From IMG/VR virus record IMGVR_UViG_3300006120_000016: 64,000 nt of DNA. One strand, written 5' to 3'. The position numbers and the translations under genes are program-made. The notes under the pieces were generated by a model, which saw only the letters and a list, made by a program, of their open reading frames with translations, had not been told where the DNA came from and did not search any database. The stretch comes from an uncultured virus (IMG/VR IMGVR_UViG_3300006120_000016). Taxonomy: Duplodnaviria; Heunggongvirae; Uroviricota; Caudoviricetes. This document shows, one piece after another, positions 57,691 to 64,000 of the stretch. Each line of letters starts with the position of its first letter. Within the stretch, counting starts at the first letter, position 1.

Positions 57691-58254
57691 ATGGCTTTCA
57701 GTATCACCGATATTCTATCAAACTTTCAATTCGAGGGTGCGCGTCCTACATTATTCAATGTATCGATTACCATTCCTCAAGACAATACCACAAGCCAGCT
57801 AACTCAGTTTCTGGTAAGTTCAACATCTATTCCTGCATCAGATCTTGGAAACATTGCAGTTCCATATTTTGGTCGTATTGTAAATTTTGCTGGTGATAGA
57901 ACATATCAACCATGGAATGTTACAATTATGAACGATGAGAACTTTGCAGTTCGTAACGCTCTTGAAACATGGTCCAATCTTATTAATAAGAGAGAGCTAA
58001 ACACTCGCGATCCATCTGTTGCTTCTCAGGGCTATAAATCAACTGCTATTGTGACTCAACTTGCAAAAACTGGCGAAGCCCTTAGAGCATATAAGTTCAA
58101 TGGACTTTATCCAACATCAATTCAGCCAATTCGGTTGGATTGGAATGCAGTTAATGTGTTTGAATCGTTCGATGTTCAGTTCACATATGATTGGTGGGAA
58201 ATTTCAACTAGTGGTGATGCGGGAACTACTGGTGATGGGGGCGGATTGAATTAA
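57691..58254 (+). CDS. gp19: tail tube protein gp19
   Basis: GARP.LF.V...IP.S..G.I.VPYFGR....AGDRT...W.VT..NDE.F..R...E.W...F.V.F.YD.W. Confidence 0.95.
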   Translation: MAFSITDILSNFQFEGARPTLFNVSITIPQDNTTSQLTQFLVSSTSIPASDLGNIAVPYFGRIVNFAGDRTYQPWNVTIMNDENFAVRNALETWSNLINKRELNTRDPSVASQGYKSTAIVTQLAKTGEALRAYKFNGLYPTSIQPIRLDWNAVNVFESFDVQFTYDWWEISTSGDAGTTGDGGGLN

Positions 58255-58258
58255 GTGA

Positions 58259-58266
58259 TATAAATA
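58259..58266 (+). promoter_or_regulatory. T4-type late promoter
   Basis: TATAAATA upstream of gp20. Confidence 0.8.
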
Positions 58267-58296
58267 CATTATATTATGGATTAAAGGAGTGCCGCT

Positions 58297-61227
58297 TTGG
58301 AATTATTTGGATGGGAAATTGCTAAGAAGAAAGATGATTTAGATCTTTCTTCTTTTGCGCCTAAGGAAACAGATGATGGTGCTATGGTTGTCACTGCTGG
58401 TGGCACCTATGGCACTTATTTGGACATGGAAGGTTCTGCTAAGACTGAAGCAGAATTGGTTGTCAAATATAGAGAAATGGCACTCCAGCCAGAGTGTGAA
58501 AAGGCAGTTGATGAAGTAACAAATGAAGCCATCGTTAAAGAAGGCAATGATAAAATTGTTACTTTAAATCTAGATGATATTAAGTCTTTAAACGATAAAA
58601 TCAAGAAAATCGTTCAAGACGAATTTGATGGGGTCACTCAGCTTCTTAATTTCAATAACTATGGATATGAAATTTTCCGTAGATGGTATGTAGATGGAAG
58701 ACTCTACTATCATGTTATGATTGATGAGAATAATCCAGAACAAGGCATTCAGGAACTTCGTTATATAGATCCCCGCAAAATTCGTAAGGTAAGATTACTT
58801 ACTCGTGAACGTAAGGGTCAAATCTATATCAACAGGAACACTGCCGAGTTTTATGTTTATAACGAAAAAGGATTCAAGGCAACCGGTTCTACTGGTATGG
58901 ACAATCAGGGTCTGAGGATTTCCACAGATTCAATTCTCCATTGCACATCAGGACTTATGGATAAAGACGGAAAACTTGTATTATCATATATCCATAAGGC
59001 AATCAAGCCATTAAATCAACTTCGTATTCTTGAAGACGCCACAGTAATTTATCGTATTTCTCGCGCTCCTGAGCGTCGTGTGTTCTATATTGATGTTGGT
59101 CAGATGCCTAAGATGAAGGCAGAACAACATATGCGTGATATGATGGTAAAGCATAAGAATCGACTAATCTATGATGCCTCCACTGGTGCAGTAAGAGATG
59201 ATCGTAAGTTCGCATGTTATGCTCTAGACACAAAAATTCCACTTCTTGATGGAAGAACTTTAACTATAGAAGAAATTATCTCTGAATATAATCAGGGAAG
59301 AACAAACTGGGTTTATTCTTGTGATCCTATTACAGGCAAGTTTTATCCCGGACCTATTTCTTGGGCAGGTATTACCAAGAAAGAAAGTGATGTGGTTAGA
59401 GTCACTTTTGACAACGGAAAGAGTGTAGTCTGTACTCCAGATCATAAGTTTCCTGTTTGGAATAAAGGATTCATTGAAGCCAAGGATCTTCAAGTTGGTG
59501 AATCTTTGATTCCCGGATACCGTAGAACCAATAAGGTTGCTAATAACAGCAAAGAATACGAACAGATTTATCTTAATGACACCAAGACTTGGGAATTTAC
59601 ACACAGGGAAGTTGCCAAGTGGAAAGACGATCTAGGACTAACAGAAACCAAGGTTTACAAAGATCATACTGAGGATTTTTCTGTTGTTCATCACCTAGAC
59701 TTCAACAGAATGAATAATAATCCAGAAAATCTCGTTTATATGGGATATCTAGATCATTGGCTATATCACACAGAAAATCAAACAATACGATATACCGATA
59801 CGATTATTGGTCAAGTCGTCAATATGCTATCTATGAGAAAAACTTCAGATGAGATTTTGTATGAACTAAACTCAAATGAAGAAATTATTTCTGAGTGGAT
59901 GTCGCTGAATTCAGAAAATCATGTCAAGAACAAGAATTTTGATCATCTAATCAAAAAAGATTTGGTCAAAATCTCTAAGATTTGTGGATTTGAAACTTGG
60001 AATAAAATGAGATCTTCCCTTTGTCCACCAAAAGATCAGATTAGAAGAAATCTAACTTCTCAAAGAGGATCTGATGAATGGAAGCAAAAATTGAGTCAAG
60101 CCAGAATAGGAATTGTAAGTAAATCAAAGACTTGGAAAATATTCAATCCAAATGGCGATATTGAAATTGTTGAAAATCTAAATGAATATTGTAGTGTCAA
60201 TAATCTGAATAGAACCAATATCAAGGGTCAATTTGGATCTAGAGGATATAAGGCAGAAATCCTGAACAATCATAAAGTTATTTCTGTAGAATTTCTAGAT
60301 GAAAAAACTACTGTGGCCGCATTGACAATCGACCAAGAAGAAACCTATCACAGCCATCACACATATCTTCTGGATGCAGGGGTATATACCAAAAATACCA
60401 TGCTTGAAGACTACTGGCTGCCTCGTCGTGAAGGTCAGAACGGAACAGAAATTACTACACTTCCATCAGGACAAAATCTTGGTAAGCTAGAAGACGTAGA
60501 ATATTTTGAAAAGAAACTTTATAGAGCTTTAAATGTTCCTGTATCAAGATTGAATCCTGATGAATCCGGATTTAGTCTTGGCCAATCAGATGAAATCAGC
60601 CGAGATGAACTTTCGTTCCAAAAATTCATTGATAGACTTAGACTTAGATTCTCTGCTCTGTTACTTGGTGCTTTAGAGAAGCAATTAATTCTTAAAAAGG
60701 TTTTTGCACAATCGGATTGGGATGAGATTAAGGATCTAATTCACTTTGATTATGCAAGAGATAACTATTTTGCTGAATTAAAAGACACAGAAATTCTTCT
60801 GAATCGTGTTGGAGCACTTGCACAGATTCAACCATTTCTTGGTATGTTCTATTCACAAGAGTGGGTTAAGAAAAATGTCCTATTCCAGACAGATAATGAC
60901 ATTAAAGAAATGTCTCAGCAGATGGAAAAAGAATCCAAAGAAATGGCTGAGAGGGGCCTTAATCCAGATGGAACTCCAATGATGATGGGTCCAGAAGATG
61001 ATGATCAAGGTGGTTTTGGTAGCGATTCTTCAAGTAAAGGATCTGCGCCAAGTCCTGAACCTAAAAAGGATTCTGGTGTATCATCTGGAAATGTTGGTGG
61101 AAAAGATGCAGAACCTGCTCCTCACAATAGAAGAGTGCCAAAAGAAAGAAAAACTGAAATTGTTCAAGGTCCATCTGGACCATTCACTAGACAAATGCCT
61201 GTTAGAAGAAACCCTTCAGGTAATTAA
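58297..61227 (+). CDS. gp20: portal protein gp20 containing a cis intein (TTG start)
   Basis: FRRWYVDGR, ELRYIDPRKIR, KAIKPLNQLR..EDA.VIYR..RAPERR.FYIDVG, MLEDYWLPRREG, EI.RDEL.F. Confidence 0.96.
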   Translation: MELFGWEIAKKKDDLDLSSFAPKETDDGAMVVTAGGTYGTYLDMEGSAKTEAELVVKYREMALQPECEKAVDEVTNEAIVKEGNDKIVTLNLDDIKSLNDKIKKIVQDEFDGVTQLLNFNNYGYEIFRRWYVDGRLYYHVMIDENNPEQGIQELRYIDPRKIRKVRLLTRERKGQIYINRNTAEFYVYNEKGFKATGSTGMDNQGLRISTDSILHCTSGLMDKDGKLVLSYIHKAIKPLNQLRILEDATVIYRISRAPERRVFYIDVGQMPKMKAEQHMRDMMVKHKNRLIYDASTGAVRDDRKFACYALDTKIPLLDGRTLTIEEIISEYNQGRTNWVYSCDPITGKFYPGPISWAGITKKESDVVRVTFDNGKSVVCTPDHKFPVWNKGFIEAKDLQVGESLIPGYRRTNKVANNSKEYEQIYLNDTKTWEFTHREVAKWKDDLGLTETKVYKDHTEDFSVVHHLDFNRMNNNPENLVYMGYLDHWLYHTENQTIRYTDTIIGQVVNMLSMRKTSDEILYELNSNEEIISEWMSLNSENHVKNKNFDHLIKKDLVKISKICGFETWNKMRSSLCPPKDQIRRNLTSQRGSDEWKQKLSQARIGIVSKSKTWKIFNPNGDIEIVENLNEYCSVNNLNRTNIKGQFGSRGYKAEILNNHKVISVEFLDEKTTVAALTIDQEETYHSHHTYLLDAGVYTKNTMLEDYWLPRREGQNGTEITTLPSGQNLGKLEDVEYFEKKLYRALNVPVSRLNPDESGFSLGQSDEISRDELSFQKFIDRLRLRFSALLLGALEKQLILKKVFAQSDWDEIKDLIHFDYARDNYFAELKDTEILLNRVGALAQIQPFLGMFYSQEWVKKNVLFQTDNDIKEMSQQMEKESKEMAERGLNPDGTPMMMGPEDDDQGGFGSDSSSKGSAPSPEPKKDSGVSSGNVGGKDAEPAPHNRRVPKERKTEIVQGPSGPFTRQMPVRRNPSGN
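59215..60396 (+). mobile_element. 394-aa intein with HNH endonuclease in the portal gene
   Basis: CYALDTKIPLLDG, CTPDHKF, VHHLDFNRMNN.PENL (HNH), YLLDAGVYTKN|T. Excision restores DDRKFA-TMLEDYWLPRREG. Confidence 0.93.
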
Positions 61228-61231
61228 AATT

Positions 61232-61239
61232 TATAAATA
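61232..61239 (+). promoter_or_regulatory. T4-type late promoter
   Basis: TATAAATA followed by a GGAG RBS. Confidence 0.75.
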
Positions 61240-61249
61240 GGAGATGCAA

Positions 61250-61423
61250 ATGAGTGATAACGAATATACAACCCACGATGTAGTTGATGCCGCCATTAAT
61301 GGAGAAGTCGCTAGTCTTGAACAAACATTCGATTATGTCATGAGGCAAAAGATTAATCAGGCACTAGAGGGCAGGAAACAAGAAATTGGCCTGAGTCTAG
61401 GAGAAGTCGAAGAGGACGAATAA
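61250..61423 (+). CDS. small prohead core protein (gp67-like; not in the ORF track)
   Basis: MSDNEYTTHDVVDAAINGEVASLEQTFDYVMRQKINQALEGRKQEIGLSLGEVEEDE, directly after the portal gene. Confidence 0.65.
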   Translation: MSDNEYTTHDVVDAAINGEVASLEQTFDYVMRQKINQALEGRKQEIGLSLGEVEEDE

Positions 61424-62751
61424 TGACAAAAGCAAGAGTCGATAAGGACAACAGCGATTATCTATCTAAGACAGCTAGACCAGAAGGAGAGTCTAAGACT
61501 GCTTATTGGTCAAAAGATTCTATTGAAGGGGCTGGAAGTCAAGCTGACGCCAATGGAACGTCTGGAGAAGCAGATAGGTCTGGCAATAAGCAAGATGTCT
61601 ATAGTGGCGGAACTAAGAAAGACAAGACTCGTATTGCAGATCGTCCTATGAAACTTGTTTCTGGTGAAACTGGTATTGGTGATACTGGAACCGGTCTTGG
61701 TGAATCTGATAATCCTTTTGCTAAAGTTATTGCCAGAAGATTTGGTCTACAAGAAGACGAAAATCCCGGAGTGGCATCATCGTCATCAACTTCTGATAAT
61801 CCTTCATTAGGAATGATGTCGGTTAACAATACAGACTTTCGTCAAGATGCACCTAATATCAAAAATATTCTAGAGGCAATTGCGCTTCAGGCTGCAGATT
61901 CTTTTGAATTGATGGATGAAAATAGGAAAGTTCCTCCTGCAATATCAACTCAACTTGAAAATTGTCAGAATATTATTACAAAATTTTATCAGTATATGAC
62001 AAGTAATGCAGACAAATCTCCTTCATCAGATCCAGCCGATACCCCTCCTGTTCAAAAAGATACTGCTGAACGCAAAACTGCAGTTAATGAAAGCGATGAA
62101 TATCCCAGTTTCGTTCGTCGTAAGGACGCAAAAGGTAATCCAAGACTTACTAACATAAGAATAACAGACACAACTCCAAAACCTCCAGAAGATGTAAGAA
62201 CTCCTTTTGAAAAAGCAACCAATGTTTCGATTCATCGTTCTGTAAATTATAGAAAAGAATCTTTAGAGAATTTCTATCTCTATGCAGAAACTGCTGAGGG
62301 AGATTCATTCGAATCTGAGCCTTTGACTGAAATGGAAGCAGATACAAATATGCAAGAGATGATCGAATCTGGTGCATATACCATTATCGAAAAGAAACTA
62401 ATTGGTAATCAAAATAAATTAGATGCTAATCATAATGGACATTTAGATTCTGATGATTTCAAGAAACTTCGTGGTAAGAAGACCATGAAGGAAGCGGTTA
62501 ATGTTGTATTCCGTAATCTATTAAAGGATAATCTCGAACATATTGATGAAGTTCTTGATACAAAAGAACGAATTAAATCATATCTGAAACCTGCCGGAAA
62601 AGATAGAGGAAAGCAAATCGCTCAATATCAAATAAACCGAGATGTTGATCTTGATGCAGCAGATGAAAATCGCAGAAAATTTGCTAATAGAACATCTGGT
62701 ATTATTCGAGCAAAGAAAAAAAGATCTTCTTATAATACAGGAGAAGAATAA
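61423..62751 (+). CDS. prohead core / internal head protein with EF-hand-like motif
   Basis: Between portal and protease. Has GNQ.KLDANHNG.LD.DDFKKLR and many (L/I/V)xE motifs typical of gp21 substrates. Confidence 0.55.
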   Translation: MTKARVDKDNSDYLSKTARPEGESKTAYWSKDSIEGAGSQADANGTSGEADRSGNKQDVYSGGTKKDKTRIADRPMKLVSGETGIGDTGTGLGESDNPFAKVIARRFGLQEDENPGVASSSSTSDNPSLGMMSVNNTDFRQDAPNIKNILEAIALQAADSFELMDENRKVPPAISTQLENCQNIITKFYQYMTSNADKSPSSDPADTPPVQKDTAERKTAVNESDEYPSFVRRKDAKGNPRLTNIRITDTTPKPPEDVRTPFEKATNVSIHRSVNYRKESLENFYLYAETAEGDSFESEPLTEMEADTNMQEMIESGAYTIIEKKLIGNQNKLDANHNGHLDSDDFKKLRGKKTMKEAVNVVFRNLLKDNLEHIDEVLDTKERIKSYLKPAGKDRGKQIAQYQINRDVDLDAADENRRKFANRTSGIIRAKKKRSSYNTGEE

Positions 62752-63095
62752 TGCCGATCATTAAAAATCAAATCGGTGGTCATGTCGGAACATTCGACAC
62801 CGCCAATGTAACATATACCACAGCAAATATCGCTTCTCCAAATAGTTCAGTTGAAACTGTAACTGGTATGGCACTTGCTCGTATTCTTTGGACAGGCGAT
62901 TGGGTTGTAAAGCAAGGATCTAATGTAATTTTCCAAGCACCAGCAGGAACTAGTGGAACATGGGATGTTTCTGCCGAGGGTCTTCTTTTGATGGGATCAA
63001 ACAATGCTGCTAATATCACTGCGAATACAGCCAATACTCAATCTTCTATCGCTCTTGTTCTAACCAAGTATGCTTATAATACGGCTGGAGTCTAA
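62751..63095 (+). CDS. hypothetical virion protein
   Basis: 114-aa coupled ORF with structural-protein composition. Confidence 0.6.
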   Translation: MPIIKNQIGGHVGTFDTANVTYTTANIASPNSSVETVTGMALARILWTGDWVVKQGSNVIFQAPAGTSGTWDVSAEGLLLMGSNNAANITANTANTQSSIALVLTKYAYNTAGV

Positions 63096-63098
63096 GAA

Positions 63099-63767
63099 AT
63101 GAAACTGATCACCGAAAACATTGAAGAAATTCGTGTTATTTCAGAAGCCAGAGAAGATGGCAAGAAGAATCTGTATCTAGAAGGCATCTTCATGATGGCA
63201 GAGGAACCAAATAGAAATGGTCGCCGTTATGGTAGATCAATTCTAGAAAATGCTGTGAACAAATATACTGGAAAGTATATTAAAGAAAACCGTGCATATG
63301 CTGAACTTGGACATCCTCAGGGACCAAATATCAATCTAGAAAGAGTTTGTGGACTTCATGAATCTCTTAAATGGGATGGCAACAATGTTATTGGTCGTAT
63401 GAAAGTAACCAGTACACCTTATGGTCAGATTGTTGCCGGTCTAATTGAAGATGGTGCCAGACTTGGTATGTCATCAAGAGGTATGGGTTCAGTGGTTGAG
63501 GGTAAAGATGGCATCATGGAAGTCAAGGACGATTTTGTTCTGGCTACTGCTGCAGATGTTGTTGCAGACCCTTCGGCACCTCAAGCATTCGTTCGCGGAA
63601 TCATGGAAAATGTAAACTGGGTTTATGATTCATCTAATGATTCTTGGCAAGCACAACAGTTTATTGAACAGACAAAGCAGGAAATGAAAAAGATGACTGT
63701 ATCTGCCATCAATGAAAATAGCATCGCATATTTTGAGCATTATCTTCGTAGATTATCTTCAAAATAA
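63099..63767 (+). CDS. gp21: prohead protease gp21
   Basis: EGIF..AE..NRNGR.Y...ELGHP...LG.SSRG.GS...D.VADPSAP.AFV.GI.E. Confidence 0.96.
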   Translation: MKLITENIEEIRVISEAREDGKKNLYLEGIFMMAEEPNRNGRRYGRSILENAVNKYTGKYIKENRAYAELGHPQGPNINLERVCGLHESLKWDGNNVIGRMKVTSTPYGQIVAGLIEDGARLGMSSRGMGSVVEGKDGIMEVKDDFVLATAADVVADPSAPQAFVRGIMENVNWVYDSSNDSWQAQQFIEQTKQEMKKMTVSAINENSIAYFEHYLRRLSSK

Positions 63768-63773
63768 AGATTT

Positions 63774-63781
63774 TATAAATA
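63774..63781 (+). promoter_or_regulatory. T4-type late promoter
   Basis: TATAAATA upstream of the gp22-position ORF. Confidence 0.75.
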
Positions 63782-63803
63782 GATAAAACAAAGGAGTAAA
63801 CCA

Positions 63804-64000
63804 ATGGCAACTAGAAAGCAAAGCCATGAACTTGATGAGAATTTCAAGTCAGTTGATGGTCAAAGTGAACTTCCAGAGCCTGCAATTCAAGGTAGCGCAA
63901 AGCGTGGTGCCGACAAGTCAGCAGGCGAAACAGAATATTCACAGACAACTAAATCAGAAGTTCTGGCTAAGTTGATGAATGATCTTCAATCACGCAGTCA
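63804..64000 (+). CDS. gp22: 5' end of probable prohead scaffold gp22 (truncated by the window)
   Basis: AAGGAG RBS, then MATRKQSHELDENFKS... open to the window end. Assignment rests on synteny. Confidence 0.6.
   Translation, partial: MATRKQSHELDENFKSVDGQSELPEPAIQGSAKRGADKSAGETEYSQTTKSEVLAKLMNDLQSRS

Noticed and set aside
1..64000. Stop-codon reassignment
   Set aside because: Core genes are full length in the standard code and end with TAA, TAG or TGA.

Overview
This window is part of an AT-rich, T4-like myovirus genome using the standard genetic code. The host is probably an alphaproteobacterium, inferred from a GapR/DUF2312 gene. In order it holds: a repeat-rich non-coding end; the baseplate hub module (split gp5, gp27-like, gp53, gp48, gp4, gp2, gp54, gp26/gp51, tape-measure-position protein); a minus-strand early/replication block (GapR, tRNA-Ser, decayed homing endonuclease, gp32, methyltransferase, gp59, gp33, cell-wall hydrolase, structured RNAs, SpeD, RNase H); baseplate wedge and fibre genes; and the neck-to-head cluster gp13-gp22. 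The standout system is the terminase large subunit gp17. It is encoded as three separate ORFs that appear to be joined by two atypically split inteins (34/124 aa and 32/116 aa). Each split carries a free-standing endonuclease-type ORF whose RBS and ATG lie inside the intein's own codons. The portal gp20 has a further 394-aa HNH intein. Other candidates: a promoter-driven ~170-nt pseudoknotted RNA beside a tRNA mimic, a glycine-riboswitch-like leader upstream of a cell-wall hydrolase, a likely gp26-gp51 -1 frameshift, strong CCWGG avoidance, and N-x-S/T enrichment in virion proteins. All family assignments come from motif recognition and synteny by eye; no database searches were run.
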